A stretch of DNA of 64,000 bases from the NCBI GenBank assembly GCA_016191685.1, contig JACPVT010000215.1, positions 17,134 to 81,133 on the forward strand. The letters run 5' to 3'. Shown one piece after another: positions 18,751 to 30,232 of the stretch. The DNA is from Rhodospirillales bacterium. GTDB taxonomy: Bacteria > Pseudomonadota > Alphaproteobacteria > Reyranellales > Reyranellaceae. The position numbers were made by a program, and so were the translations under genes. Each line of letters starts with the position of its first letter. Positions within the stretch are counted from its first letter, which is position 1. Under the pieces are notes generated by a model that was not told the DNA's origin, made no database searches, and saw nothing but the letters and a program-made list of their open reading frames with translations.

Positions 18751-19680
18751 TCAGGAAAAGAGCAGCGTCGACAGCCGCTTGCGGCCATCCACCGCGAGCG
18801 GATCGGCGAAGCCCAGCGCCTCGAAGAATTTCAGAAGCTGCTGGCGGGCGGCCGCCTCGTTCCAGTTGCGGTCGGCCTTGATCATGGCGAGCAACTCGTC
18901 GATCGCCTCCTGTTTCTGGCCGCCGGCCCAGTAGGCGAGCGCGAGGTCGAGCTGGCTCTGGAAATCCTTGGGATCGGCGGCGGCCTTGGCCTTGAGGACG
19001 TCAACCGGGCCCGCCTCCTTCGCCTTGGCGGCGAGGTCGATCGTGGCCTTCACGGCAACGACATCGGCGTTGTTCTTTTCCTTGGCCGGGACCTGGTCCA
19101 GCAAGGTCGTCGCCTGCTCGTAGTCGCCGGCGTGGACGTGGTAGCGCGCCAGGCCGGCCAGCGCCGGGACGTTCTCGGGGTCGACGCCCAGGATCTCGCT
19201 ATAAATCTGCGCCGCCGTCTCCATGTCGTTCTGCGCCACCGCCGCCTTGGCATGTTCGAGCAGCTCGGCGATCTCGTTGCCGGCACCGCCCGCCGCACCG
19301 CCGGCCGCTTGGACCAGCTTGTCGATGAACGCCTTCACTTGGCTCTCGGGCACGGCGCCCATGAAGCCGTCGACCGGCCGGCCGCCGAAGAAGGCATAGA
19401 CCGCCGGAATCGACTGGATGCGCAACTGCTGGGCCAGCATCTGGTTCTTGTCGATGTCGATCTTGACCAGCTTGACCGCGCCCTTGGCTTCCTTGACGGC
19501 CTTCTCGATCATCGGCTGGAGCGTCTTGCAGGGGCCGCACCACGGCGCCCAGAAATCGACGATGACCGGGACGGTACGCGAGGCCTCGATCACGTCCTTG
19601 GCGAACTTGGTCTGGTCGCTGTCCTTGATGAGGTCGGCGGGGACAGCCTGCGGCGCGGCGCCCTTCAGCATCGTTTCCAT
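18751..19680 (-). CDS. cnoX: Thioredoxin-TPR chaperedoxin (CnoX/YbbN family)
   Basis: VDFWAPWCGPCK thioredoxin motif plus C-terminal TPR (WNEAAARQQL...RKRLSTLLF). Confidence 0.88.
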   Translation of the reverse strand: METMLKGAAPQAVPADLIKDSDQTKFAKDVIEASRTVPVIVDFWAPWCGPCKTLQPMIEKAVKEAKGAVKLVKIDIDKNQMLAQQLRIQSIPAVYAFFGGRPVDGFMGAVPESQVKAFIDKLVQAAGGAAGGAGNEIAELLEHAKAAVAQNDMETAAQIYSEILGVDPENVPALAGLARYHVHAGDYEQATTLLDQVPAKEKNNADVVAVKATIDLAAKAKEAGPVDVLKAKAAADPKDFQSQLDLALAYWAGGQKQEAIDELLAMIKADRNWNEAAARQQLLKFFEALGFADPLAVDGRKRLSTLLFS

Positions 19681-19777
19681 GGAGCCTCGAACGGGAGATT
19701 TCGTGTCGTCCGCAATGTGGCCCCCACCCCCCGGCGACGCAAGGGGGCGGTCTTTGGTCCACCGGCCTCCAGGGTGA

Positions 19778-21553
19778 CTAACGGTCGTCGACCTTGGCGA
19801 CGATGCCGTGAACCTCGCCGGGGGCGAAGACCGGCACCGAGCAGGCGCCGTTGGCGCAGGCGTAGGCCGCTGCCTGCGGCATGTCGGGATAGTCGACGTC
19901 GGTTATCGGCAGCGGCCCCTCGCGGCGATCCAGCCATTCGATGCGGAGATAGCGCGTCGGGTAGGTACGGGCGGCTTGATAGAGCGCCCGCGCCTCGGGG
20001 TCGTCCTTGGCGCCGACGACCGTGACATGCGCAGGTTCGCGCGACAGTTCGCGGTCGGCCAGCAGCGCCCCCGGCACGACGAACCCGTCTTCGGCGAGCG
20101 AGATCAGCCAGCGCATGCCGTGCTGGGCGGCGGTGCGAAACGCGGGCTTGTCCGTCTGGCGGGCGAGCAGGTTGAGCAGGCGGATGACAGCGACATTCTC
20201 GTCGAGCTGCTTCACCGATTTGGCGAGCACGCCACGTGCGCCGGGCTCAGGTTGGCGCACCATGAATCCACCCGTGGCATCGCGGTGATCGCGCACCATG
20301 ATCTCGCCGAGTTCGATGGCGAGGGCGAGGTAGCGCCGCTCGGCAGTGCTGCGATAGAGCGCAAGTGCCGCCTCGGCGACGGCCAGCGTGTCGCCGAGAT
20401 GGGTGTCGTCGTCGCTCGCCTTGAGGTGACCGAAGCCGCCATTAGGTGCGCGGCGGTTGGCCAAGGTCCAGTCGAAGGCGCGGCGCGCGGCGTCGAGCAG
20501 GGCGGGATCGCCGGTCACGTCGTAGAGCGCGGCCAGGCTCGCGATCGCCCAGCCGTTCTCGCGGGCGTAGCTGTTGCGGTCGACCGGCGGTTGCGGGCCG
20601 GCGCGCCGCTCGGCGTCGGTCCGGGCATAGAATGCGTCGCCGTGCAGAGCAGGGCCGGCATCGGCATCCTGGCTGGTGAAGAACGCTCCCTCGGGGCTCT
20701 GCATAAAATCCATCAGCCAGCGGGCGATGTCCCGGGCGGCAGCAAGGTGGGCGGGATTGCCGCCGATCTCGTGGGCCAGCACATAGCTGCGGATCGCGTC
20801 GCGCTGGATATTGAGCAGCTTCTCGTAGTGCGGCCCCGACCAGTCGAGCCTGTCGGAATACTGGAACATGCCGCCCCACACCGGATCGATCAGCCGCCGC
20901 GCGCCGCCGAGTGTCTTGGCCGAAACATCGCGCCAGGGAGTGGGCTCAGGATTGCGCTGCAAGGCACGGCCGCGCTCGAGCGCCCATTCGACCGTGTCGC
21001 CATGGATGAAGCGATGGGTGTCGCCGAAGCCGCCGTTGTCCTTGTCGAAGCTTTTGAGCACCAGCGCCTCGATGTCGGTCCGGCGCTGCGGTGAGAGCAG
21101 GGCGGCATCGGGATCGACCGCCGCGCCCACGGCGATGCCCGGCAGCGCCGACGGGTCCTCGATCACCGCCGCCAGTAGTTTCAGGAACAATTCGGGCGGG
21201 ATGTAGCCGCGGCGCTTGAAAATCTCGTTGCCGTCCTTGTCGAGCATGATGGTCGCGGGCCAGCCCCAGTTCTCGTAGCGGTAGCTGAGCGCCGGATCGC
21301 GGTCCTGGTCGACGCGCACGGGGATGAACTTCTCGCCGATCGTCTTCTGGATGGCGGGATCCTTGTAGGTCGTGGCTTCCATGACATGGCACCAGTGGCA
21401 CCACACCGCCGCCATGTGCAGCAGGATGTACTTGTCCTCGGCCGCGGCCCGCTCGAACAGCGCCGGCCCCCACTTTTGCCAAGGCAGCGACGGGGTGTCC
21501 GCCCGGGCGATGCCGGCTACGGCTGCAAGCAGGAGGGCGAGGACGAGGCGCAT
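19778..21553 (-). CDS. Secreted DUF255/YyaL-like thioredoxin-domain protein
   Basis: Signal peptide; WCHWCHVME, GWPAT, HYEKLL, SQDAD, AYACANGACS. Confidence 0.85.
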   Translation of the reverse strand: MRLVLALLLAAVAGIARADTPSLPWQKWGPALFERAAAEDKYILLHMAAVWCHWCHVMEATTYKDPAIQKTIGEKFIPVRVDQDRDPALSYRYENWGWPATIMLDKDGNEIFKRRGYIPPELFLKLLAAVIEDPSALPGIAVGAAVDPDAALLSPQRRTDIEALVLKSFDKDNGGFGDTHRFIHGDTVEWALERGRALQRNPEPTPWRDVSAKTLGGARRLIDPVWGGMFQYSDRLDWSGPHYEKLLNIQRDAIRSYVLAHEIGGNPAHLAAARDIARWLMDFMQSPEGAFFTSQDADAGPALHGDAFYARTDAERRAGPQPPVDRNSYARENGWAIASLAALYDVTGDPALLDAARRAFDWTLANRRAPNGGFGHLKASDDDTHLGDTLAVAEAALALYRSTAERRYLALAIELGEIMVRDHRDATGGFMVRQPEPGARGVLAKSVKQLDENVAVIRLLNLLARQTDKPAFRTAAQHGMRWLISLAEDGFVVPGALLADRELSREPAHVTVVGAKDDPEARALYQAARTYPTRYLRIEWLDRREGPLPITDVDYPDMPQAAAYACANGACSVPVFAPGEVHGIVAKVDDR

Positions 21554-21658
21554 GTTCTGACTACGCCCGGCACCGACTCCCGGATGGCCGGCTCGCGATC
21601 ATGTGACCAGGTCTAATTTGCCGATTCGGCCGATTCCGAGCGCAAAGGCGTTGGAGCC

Positions 21659-21991
21659 TTAGCTCCGAACCTGGTGCTTCATCAGCTCGTCACTGAGGCG
21701 GCCAATGAGGAACAGGCCGCACATGCGGTAGTCGCTGATCAGCGACCACAGCGGCGCCTCGAAGGTGGCAGGCTTGTTCTTTTCGATGAAGAAATGGCCG
21801 AACCACGCCGGGCCGTAGCCCAGGAACGGCACGGCCAGCAACCACCACCAGTTCTGGGTGGCGAGCGCCCAGACGAGGACGACGGCCGAGCCGATGGTGC
21901 CGAGGTAGTGCACGGCACGGGTCGACGGCTTGGCGTGTTCCCTGAGATAGAACGGCCAGAACTCGGCGTAGGTTTCGAAGCGCGCGGCCAT
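21659..21991 (-). CDS. DUF962 (Mpo1-like) membrane protein
   Basis: [32 protein letters not shown]. Confidence 0.88.
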   Translation of the reverse strand: MAARFETYAEFWPFYLREHAKPSTRAVHYLGTIGSAVVLVWALATQNWWWLLAVPFLGYGPAWFGHFFIEKNKPATFEAPLWSLISDYRMCGLFLIGRLSDELMKHQVRS

Positions 21992-21999
21992 GCGCCAGT

Positions 22000-23214
22000 C
22001 TACCCTAAAGCGCCCGACTTTTTGAGAGCCGCGATCTCGGAATCAGAGAAGCCCGCCTCGCCGAGCACCTCGTCATTGTGCTGGCCGACGGCAGGTGGCG
22101 GTCCTGCGGTGCGCGGCTTGGCGAAGCCCAGGCGAATGGGCGTGTTCACGGTGCGCGGAATGTCGGGGTTGGTCGTGGCGGCGAAGATGCCGGCATGTTC
22201 CGCTTGCTCGTCGTCGATCACATCGGCCAGGCGGCCGATCACACCGAACGGGATGCCGGTGCCGGAGAGGAGGCGTTCCCACTCGGCGTAGGGGCGGGCG
22301 GCGAAGACGGGCTTCAGGATGGCGAAGAGGTCCATCGCATGGGCGCGGCGCTCGGGCCGGCCGGCGAAGCGCTCGTCGACCAGGAGTTCGGGTCGGTCGA
22401 TGACGGCACAGAGCTTTTCCCAGAGCCGGTCGTCGCGCACCATAAGAAGCTGCAGCCAGCGGTCGTCCTGGGTGCGGTAGAGGTTGGTGAGCGCGTTGCG
22501 CGGTCTGTCGGGCGAGTGGCGCGGCGGCAGCTTCGCGCCGACCAATGCACCTGCCGCGGACGTGCCGTTGGCCCACACACCATTGGCGTAGAGCGAGGTG
22601 CCGACCCAGCCGCCCTTCCCCGTCTGGTCGCGGCGGCGCAGGCCCAGCAGGATCGCGGCGACGAGCGTCATGGCCGTGGCGCGGTCGCCCTGCGCCGGCA
22701 GCGACAGGCCGGGCGGCCCGCCCTCGTAGCGCGCGGCATCGAGAATGCCGGAGCGGCCGAAGTAGGCGGTGACGTCGAAGCCCGGCCGGTCGCGGTCGGG
22801 ACCGGTCTCGCCGTAGCCGGTGAGCGAGCAATAGACGAGGCGCGGGTTCAGCGGCTCGATGTCTTCCCAGCGCAGCCGAAGCCGCTCGCGGGCCGGCGGC
22901 GGGAAATTCACGATCATCACGTCGGCCCGCCTCAGCAGGCGCTCGAGGATGGTGCGCGCACCGTCGGTCTTGAGGTCGAGGGCGAGCGAGCGCTTCAGGC
23001 GGCCGTCGAGCTGCCAGGGGAAGTTGTGCTCGCTCGGCGGATAGCTCGCGTTCCTGAAACTGTTGCGGTGCGGGTCGCCGTCGCCGGGCGGCTCGATCTT
23101 GATCACGTCGGCGCCATAGTCGGCCAGCGCCGCCGCCGCCGCGGGGGCGGCGATGAACGAGCTGACGTCGAGAACGACCAGCCCGGCCAGCGGCAACGGT
23201 TCTTCTGTTGTCAC
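22000..23214 (-). CDS. Family III CoA transferase (CaiB/BaiF), copy 2
   Basis: GTG start overlapping the upstream TGA; [34 protein letters not shown] (catalytic Asp). Confidence 0.92.
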   Translation of the reverse strand: MTTEEPLPLAGLVVLDVSSFIAAPAAAAALADYGADVIKIEPPGDGDPHRNSFRNASYPPSEHNFPWQLDGRLKRSLALDLKTDGARTILERLLRRADVMIVNFPPPARERLRLRWEDIEPLNPRLVYCSLTGYGETGPDRDRPGFDVTAYFGRSGILDAARYEGGPPGLSLPAQGDRATAMTLVAAILLGLRRRDQTGKGGWVGTSLYANGVWANGTSAAGALVGAKLPPRHSPDRPRNALTNLYRTQDDRWLQLLMVRDDRLWEKLCAVIDRPELLVDERFAGRPERRAHAMDLFAILKPVFAARPYAEWERLLSGTGIPFGVIGRLADVIDDEQAEHAGIFAATTNPDIPRTVNTPIRLGFAKPRTAGPPPAVGQHNDEVLGEAGFSDSEIAALKKSGALG

Positions 23215-24422
23215 TTGAGGGCGCCGCTCGCCTTGAGGGTCGCGACCTCTTCGACGCTGAGGCCCGCCTCGCGCAACACTTCCTCGCCATGTTCGCCCAG
23301 TTCGGGGGCGGCATGGGCGATGCGCTGGCTGGCGAAGCTCAGGCGAATGGGATCGGCCACGGTGCGCGGCATCCCGGGGATCGCCGTGTCGACGACGGCG
23401 CCGCAGGCCACGGCCTGCTGGTCCTCGGGCACGTCCTGCGGCCGGCTGATGACGCCGAAGGTGACGCTGTGCGCCGCCAGCGCCTCGCGCCAATGCTCGT
23501 AGGGCTGCGTCGCGAATCTGTCGCTGAGCAGGCCGGCGAGTTCGGGCGCACGGGCGCGGCGTTCGGGCTCGGTGGCGAAGCGCGGATCCTCGATCAGCGA
23601 GTCGAGCCCCATCGCCCGGCAGAGCGGGCCCCAGAGCTTGTCGGCGCGCACGATGGTGAGTTGCAGCCAACGATCGTCGGCCGTGCGGTAGATATTTCCC
23701 AGCGCCGAGCGCGGCCGGTCGGGCGGCGGGCGGTGCGGCAGGAAGGCGCCGACGAGTGCCGCCTGGGCGATCACGCCGCACGACCACAGGCCGTTGCCGA
23801 GCAGCGATGTGCCCACCCACGATCCTTCGCCGGTTTTCGTGCGATGCATCAGCGCCATCAGGATCGCCGACACCAGCGTCATCGCCGTCGCACGGTCGCC
23901 CTGCGCCGGCCCGGGCACGCCCGGCGGACCGCCTTCGTAGCGCTGCGCATCCAGGAGACCCGAACGGGCGAAGTAGGCGGTGGCGTCGAAGCCCGGCCGG
24001 TCACGGTCGGGGCCGCTCTCGCCGTAGCCGGTCAGCGAGGCGTAGATCAGCCTCGGGTTGACCTTCTTCACGTCGTCGTAGGCGAGCCGGAGCTTGTCGC
24101 GCACCGGCGGCGGGAAGTTGCAGATCAGGATGTCGGAGATGGCGATCAGCTTGTCGAGCGCGGCACGCGCATCCGCCTGCTTGAGGTCGAGCACGATGGA
24201 GCGCTTGTTGCGCGAATCCATCTGCCAGGGATAGTTGACCGGGCTTTTCGGATAGTTCGACGAATCGTGCATGATCCGGCGGTTGGGATCGCCTTCAGGC
24301 CCTTCGACCTTGATCACGTCGGCGCCCCAGTCGCCCAGCACGACGGCGGCTGCGGGGGCGGCGATAAACGAGCTGATGTCCAGCACGCGCAAACCCGCCA
24401 AGGGCAGGGCAGTTTCGGTCAT
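23211..24422 (-). CDS. Family III CoA transferase (CaiB/BaiF), copy 1
   Basis: MTETALPLAGLRVLD, GADVIKVE, RNKRSIVLDLK, QGDRATA, APELGEH. Confidence 0.92.
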   Translation of the reverse strand: MTETALPLAGLRVLDISSFIAAPAAAVVLGDWGADVIKVEGPEGDPNRRIMHDSSNYPKSPVNYPWQMDSRNKRSIVLDLKQADARAALDKLIAISDILICNFPPPVRDKLRLAYDDVKKVNPRLIYASLTGYGESGPDRDRPGFDATAYFARSGLLDAQRYEGGPPGVPGPAQGDRATAMTLVSAILMALMHRTKTGEGSWVGTSLLGNGLWSCGVIAQAALVGAFLPHRPPPDRPRSALGNIYRTADDRWLQLTIVRADKLWGPLCRAMGLDSLIEDPRFATEPERRARAPELAGLLSDRFATQPYEHWREALAAHSVTFGVISRPQDVPEDQQAVACGAVVDTAIPGMPRTVADPIRLSFASQRIAHAAPELGEHGEEVLREAGLSVEEVATLKASGALK

Positions 24423-24521
24423 AAAAGGTCCCCTTTGCGTCGATATGGGCGCGACCCTCTGGTGTCCGTCAAGACCGGCCGCTAGCGTGCGTTCCGGCAC
24501 GCGGCGTGCACGGGAGTCTTC

Positions 24522-25940
24522 ATGGCGGCAAAGAAGCGCAAACCCAATTTCCTGATCGTCCTGATCGACGATCTCCGGTTCGACGAATTGGGCATCTGCG
24601 GTCATCCCTATATGAAGACGCCGCACATCGACCGGATCGGCCACGAAGGGGCGATGTTCACCTCGGCGTTCCACACCACGCCGCTGTGCTCGCCCAACCG
24701 CGCCTCGATCCTGACCGGCCAGTATGCGAGCCGGCACGGCATCATCGACAATGTGGCGCGCGATGCGCACAGCCATCGTCTGCCCAACTATCACGTCATC
24801 CTGCAGCGGCTGGGCTACGAGACGGCCCATGTCGGCAAATGGCACATGGGCAATTCCGGCGGCCCGCGGCCGGGCTACGACAAGTGGGTGAGCTTTCCCG
24901 GCCACGGCTCGATCATCGATCCGATCCTCAATATCGACGGCGATGAGAGAAAGCACGAAGGCTACATCACCGACCTCCTGAACGGGCATGCGGTCGATTT
25001 CCTGAAGCAGAAGCGCGACAAGCCCTTCGCCTTGTTCTTCGCCCACAAGGCGGTGCATCCCGACGCCTACCAGGCGGCCGACGGCACGATCGATTTCACC
25101 GACGGCGGCTACCGGCCCGCGCCGCGCCATGCCGACCTCTACAAGGGTGCGCATTTTCCGCGCCGGCCGAATGTCTTGCCAGCGGACAAGGTGGTGAAGG
25201 ACAAGCCCGCCTGGACCGAAGCGCTGGCGATGCGCACCAACGAGGCCTCGCGCAAGCTGCTCGACGGCATCCTGGCCGGCACCGACGAGGAGATCCGGCT
25301 GCGCGCCGCCATGATGGCCTCGGTCGACGAGGGCATGGGCGACGTCTTCAAGGCGTTGGAGGAGAGCGGCGAGCTCGACAACACCTTCATCCTGTTCCTG
25401 GGCGACAACGGCTACTTTTTCGGCGAGCACGGCCTCGGGCCCGAGCGGCGCTTCGCCTACGAGGAAGGCATCAAGTCGCCGTTCCTGATCCGCTATCCGG
25501 CGTGGTTCAAACCCGGCACGGTGAACGACGATCTGGTTCTGGCGCTCGACATCGCGCCGACCGTGGTCGATCTCGCCGGCGGCAAGGCCCGGGACTTCGA
25601 GACCATGCAGGGAATGTCGCTGAAGCCGCTGGCCCAAGCCGCGAAAGCTGGGGGAGCAAAACCGAAGGGCTGGCGCAAATCGTTCCTGTGCGAGTACTTC
25701 AGCGAGAACGCCATGCCCTGGCTGATCGGCATGAGCTACAAGGCGATCCGCACCCGGCGCTACAAGTACATCCACTGGACGCAGAAATCGCTCGACGGCG
25801 TGGCGTGCGACGAGCTCTACGACCTCAAGAGCGATCCCTACGAAATGAAGAACCTCGTGGGCAAGCGTGGCAGGGGCGGGCTCGTGGCCCGCCTGCGCCA
25901 GAAGCTCGCGACATTGGTTGCCCAATCCGTCGGCCTCTAG
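24522..25940 (+). CDS. Cys-type sulfatase (S1 family)
   Basis: KPNFLIVLIDD, LCSPNRASILTG formylglycine motif, GKWHMG, GDNGY, ELYDLKSDPYE. Confidence 0.92.
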   Translation: MAAKKRKPNFLIVLIDDLRFDELGICGHPYMKTPHIDRIGHEGAMFTSAFHTTPLCSPNRASILTGQYASRHGIIDNVARDAHSHRLPNYHVILQRLGYETAHVGKWHMGNSGGPRPGYDKWVSFPGHGSIIDPILNIDGDERKHEGYITDLLNGHAVDFLKQKRDKPFALFFAHKAVHPDAYQAADGTIDFTDGGYRPAPRHADLYKGAHFPRRPNVLPADKVVKDKPAWTEALAMRTNEASRKLLDGILAGTDEEIRLRAAMMASVDEGMGDVFKALEESGELDNTFILFLGDNGYFFGEHGLGPERRFAYEEGIKSPFLIRYPAWFKPGTVNDDLVLALDIAPTVVDLAGGKARDFETMQGMSLKPLAQAAKAGGAKPKGWRKSFLCEYFSENAMPWLIGMSYKAIRTRRYKYIHWTQKSLDGVACDELYDLKSDPYEMKNLVGKRGRGGLVARLRQKLATLVAQSVGL

Positions 25941-25950
25941 GAGACATGCC

Positions 25951-26922
25951 ATGGTGATCACGAAGAGAGTCTTGCTCGCGTCGGCGTTCGCAGCCTTGTC
26001 GAGTCCCGCGATGGCGCAGGCCTGGCCCGCCAAATCGATCCGCATGATCGTGCCGCTCGCGCCCGGCGCCACGGCCGACATCGTCGCCCGCCTCTTTGCC
26101 GACGAACTGGGCAAGTCGCTCGGCCAGACCGTCGTGGTCGACAACAAGACCGGCGCGGGTGGAACGATCGCGACGGCCGAGTTGGGGCGGGCGCCGGCCG
26201 ACGGCTACACCATGGGGCTGGTCTCGCAGGGCACGATGGTCTTCAACATGGGGCTCTACAAGACACCGGGCTACGACTCCCTGAAGGACCTGGCGCTGGT
26301 CGCCGTCAGCGGCGGCGTTTCCAACGTGCTGATCGTCAGTCCGAACAATCCGGCGAAGACCGTTGCTGATCTGCTGGCGCAAGCGCGCGCCAAACCGGGC
26401 GAGCTCACGTATTCTTCGGGCGGCGTCGGCACCAGTCATCACATGTCGGGTGTGCTGCTCGAGTTGCGCACCGGCGTGAAGCTGCAGCATGTGCCCTATC
26501 GTGCGACGCCGGCGGGCATCCAGGCCGTCGCGAACGGCGAGGTGACGATGGGCCTCTTCAACACGCCGACGGTGATCGGGTTGATCAAAGGCGGCAAGCT
26601 GAAGGCTCTGGCCGTCACGAGCGCGAAGCGGTCCGACCTCCTGCCCGAGGTGCCGACGATGATCGAAGCGGGGGTCAAGGACTACGTCGTGAACACCTGG
26701 ATGGGGTTCGCGGTGCCAGCCAACGTGCCCGAGCCGGTGATCGCCAGGCTCAACACCGAGATCAATCGCATCGGCCAATTGCCGCAGGTTCGCGACAAGA
26801 TGCTGGCCCAGGGGATCGAAATGCTGCCGCCGGGCTCGCCGGCGGCGGCGCAGAAGCTGGTCCGGGATGATCTCGCCCTGTGGCTGCCCATCATCAAGGC
26901 ATCAGGCGCCTCGGCCGAGTAG
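25951..26922 (+). CDS. Bug/TctC family tripartite tricarboxylate transporter substrate-binding protein
   Basis: AQAWPAKSIRMIVP, VVVDNKTGAGG, APADGYT, HVPYR. Confidence 0.92.
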   Translation: MVITKRVLLASAFAALSSPAMAQAWPAKSIRMIVPLAPGATADIVARLFADELGKSLGQTVVVDNKTGAGGTIATAELGRAPADGYTMGLVSQGTMVFNMGLYKTPGYDSLKDLALVAVSGGVSNVLIVSPNNPAKTVADLLAQARAKPGELTYSSGGVGTSHHMSGVLLELRTGVKLQHVPYRATPAGIQAVANGEVTMGLFNTPTVIGLIKGGKLKALAVTSAKRSDLLPEVPTMIEAGVKDYVVNTWMGFAVPANVPEPVIARLNTEINRIGQLPQVRDKMLAQGIEMLPPGSPAAAQKLVRDDLALWLPIIKASGASAE

Positions 26923-27021
26923 CCCTGCACTTTCGCGGGGCTTCCTTGCAAAACCGGACTTTGGCGCGTATCTCCCTCCGTCCTTCAATCAGGGGAGCGC
27001 GCATACAAAGCGCACATGGCC

Positions 27022-28032
<1,011 letters not shown>

Positions 28033-28203
28033 TAGGGATTTCCCGGTTCCTTGAACAATAGGAGCGTGGCGCAGGCCTCGGTCCGGCGCCGGGTTCGCGG
28101 TCACTTGGCGAGCCTTGGTAATCATAGGATAAGTATTTTAGTCCAGATGCTTATTGGCGTTGCTTGATGTAAGATCGCAATATGCCCACGCGAGCGATCA
28201 GAT

Positions 28204-29640
28204 GTGACCGACACGCCGACCATCCATCCGACGAGGCCTGAGTCAGCGGCCTCCACCGCGCCGACGCCGTTGTTCGGCAGTGAAGCCGACAGCTTCGTCC
28301 AGCAGTTGCGGCTGGCGGCCCAGGCTCATCGCTCGGGCCGGCTCGACGAGGCAATCTCCTCGTACCTGCGACTGCTGGCGGTGCGGCCCTATCACGCCGA
28401 GCTGCACAACAATCTCGGCGTGGCGCTCCGGCTGGTCGGCAAGCTCGATGCGTCGGTCTCGCACCACCGGCTATCGCTTGCCGCCGACCCCGGCAATCCC
28501 GCGCTGCATTCCAACCTCGGAAACGCGCTGCGCGCCGCCAACCGCCTCGACGAAGCGGTGAAGCATCACTTCCAATCGATCACGCTCAACCGCGACTACG
28601 CCGAGGGCTTCTTCAATCTGGCACTCTGCCTGCGCGATCTCGGCCGCCTCGACGAGGCCGTCGGTTGCTTCGGGCGGGCGCTGGCGCTCAATCCCGACAA
28701 CCGGCGGGCTCGCGTCGAGCTTGCCATCGCGCTCCTGATGCGCGGCGAACTTCCGGAGGGCTTCGCAGCCTATGAGGCGCGCAAGCGCCTGCCGGAGACG
28801 CCGACGCCCGAGTTCAGCCAACCGGCGTGGGACGGCGGATCGATCCGCGGAAAGCGTATCCTGCTCTATCCGGAGCAGGGGTTGGGTGACGTCCTGCTGT
28901 TCGTGCGCTTCGCGCGCGAATTGAAGCGCCGTGGCGCCACGGTCCTGGTGCTTTGCCAGGCGCTCCTGAAGGAGCTGCTCGCCAATGCCGACTTCATCGA
29001 CCATGTGGTTGCCGAAGGCGAGCCGCTGCCTGAATTCGATGTTCATGCTTCCATGGTGTCGCTGCCCCATCTTTGCCGCTCCGATTTCGACACCCTCGTC
29101 GGTGAACCACCCTATCTGCGTGCGCCGGCCGAGAGCCGGATCAAGCTCGGCCGTCTAGAGCGGGCGAAACTGCGCGTCGGCATCTATTGGGCCGCCATGC
29201 CGGGGCAGCCGCTTGATCGCCAACGCTCCGCACCGTTCGCCCAATTCCTCGCCCTCGCAGGCGATCCGGAACTACTGGTGTTCAGCCTGCAAGGCGGCGT
29301 GCACCAAAAGGATATCCAGCAGTTCGGGGCCGGCGGCCTGGTGCACGATGTCGGCCGTGGCATCTTCGATTTCGCCGAGGCCGCCACGGCATTGTCTCAG
29401 CTCGACCTGCTGATCTCGATCGACGCGCCGATTGCCCATCTCGCCGCAGCGACGGGCATGAAAACCTGGGTGCTGCTGCCGTCGACGGCCGACTGGCGAT
29501 GGCAGCTCGGGGGCACGCGCGCGCCGTGGTATCCTTCGGCGCGTCTGTTCCGTCAGTCCAAGCCGGGCGACTGGGATCCAGTGTTCGCCGCTGTCCGTTG
29601 CGAACTCGATACGCTCAAGCAGCGGGTGTCGGCGGCATAG
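28204..29640 (+). CDS. TPR-repeat protein with C-terminal glycosyltransferase family 9-like domain
   Basis: Repeated NNLG/SNLGNAL TPR units; EQGLGDVL, LDLLISID, AHLAAA, DWRW, PWYPSARLFRQ. Confidence 0.88.
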   Translation: MTDTPTIHPTRPESAASTAPTPLFGSEADSFVQQLRLAAQAHRSGRLDEAISSYLRLLAVRPYHAELHNNLGVALRLVGKLDASVSHHRLSLAADPGNPALHSNLGNALRAANRLDEAVKHHFQSITLNRDYAEGFFNLALCLRDLGRLDEAVGCFGRALALNPDNRRARVELAIALLMRGELPEGFAAYEARKRLPETPTPEFSQPAWDGGSIRGKRILLYPEQGLGDVLLFVRFARELKRRGATVLVLCQALLKELLANADFIDHVVAEGEPLPEFDVHASMVSLPHLCRSDFDTLVGEPPYLRAPAESRIKLGRLERAKLRVGIYWAAMPGQPLDRQRSAPFAQFLALAGDPELLVFSLQGGVHQKDIQQFGAGGLVHDVGRGIFDFAEAATALSQLDLLISIDAPIAHLAAATGMKTWVLLPSTADWRWQLGGTRAPWYPSARLFRQSKPGDWDPVFAAVRCELDTLKQRVSAA

Positions 29641-30232
29641 TTCGAAGGCGCCGCAGATCCTCGGCAGTGTCGATGTCGGCCAAGGTATCGGCCTCGCCGG
29701 TCGAAAGCGCAGCCGGTACATTGGCGCGCGTATCGGCCAGGGCATGTTCCGTCGACCAGCGTACATCGGAAAACAGACCACATGGCATTGGTCTGATGCG
29801 CCGCGCACCGATCAGCCAGAAACCACCGTCGCGTGCCGGGCCGAACACCAAGTCGTGCCGGCCGAGTAGCCGGAAGGCGCGCTCGACGTGGCGCGGCCGC
29901 ATTGCTGGAATGTCGCTGCCGACGAGAACAACCGGGCCCGGGGGAAGAGTTTGAAACGGTCTCAACATGCGTTGCCCGAGGTCGCCGCGTCCTTGGGCTC
30001 GTATGCGGTTTGGCGGCACGGCGCCGCGCCAGGCGGGGTGGCCGGTGTCGGTGTCCGGCGTCACGAACAGCCAGACGGTCCAGCGCGGATCATTCGACAT
30101 CGGTCCGATCTGCCGCTCGAGGGTCGTGCGATAGAAGCGCGTCGCCGCGGGCATGCCGACGTCGCGCGCCAGGCGCCGCTTGACCCGGCCGAATTGCGGC
30201 GCGCGGGCGAAGATGACGAGATGGCGCGTCAT
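29615..30232 (-). CDS. DUF2064/TIGR04282-like glycosyltransferase-like protein
   Basis: FARAPQFGRVKRRLA, QGRGDLGQRM, LVGSDIP, GPARDGGFWLIG, VRWST, LADIDT. Confidence 0.88.
   Translation of the reverse strand: MTRHLVIFARAPQFGRVKRRLARDVGMPAATRFYRTTLERQIGPMSNDPRWTVWLFVTPDTDTGHPAWRGAVPPNRIRAQGRGDLGQRMLRPFQTLPPGPVVLVGSDIPAMRPRHVERAFRLLGRHDLVFGPARDGGFWLIGARRIRPMPCGLFSDVRWSTEHALADTRANVPAALSTGEADTLADIDTAEDLRRLRTMPPTPAA

Noticed and set aside
23211-26147. 978-aa minus-strand ORF
   Set aside because: Antisense shadow of the sulfatase fused in frame to the real CoA transferase starting at 24422; typical high-GC artefact.
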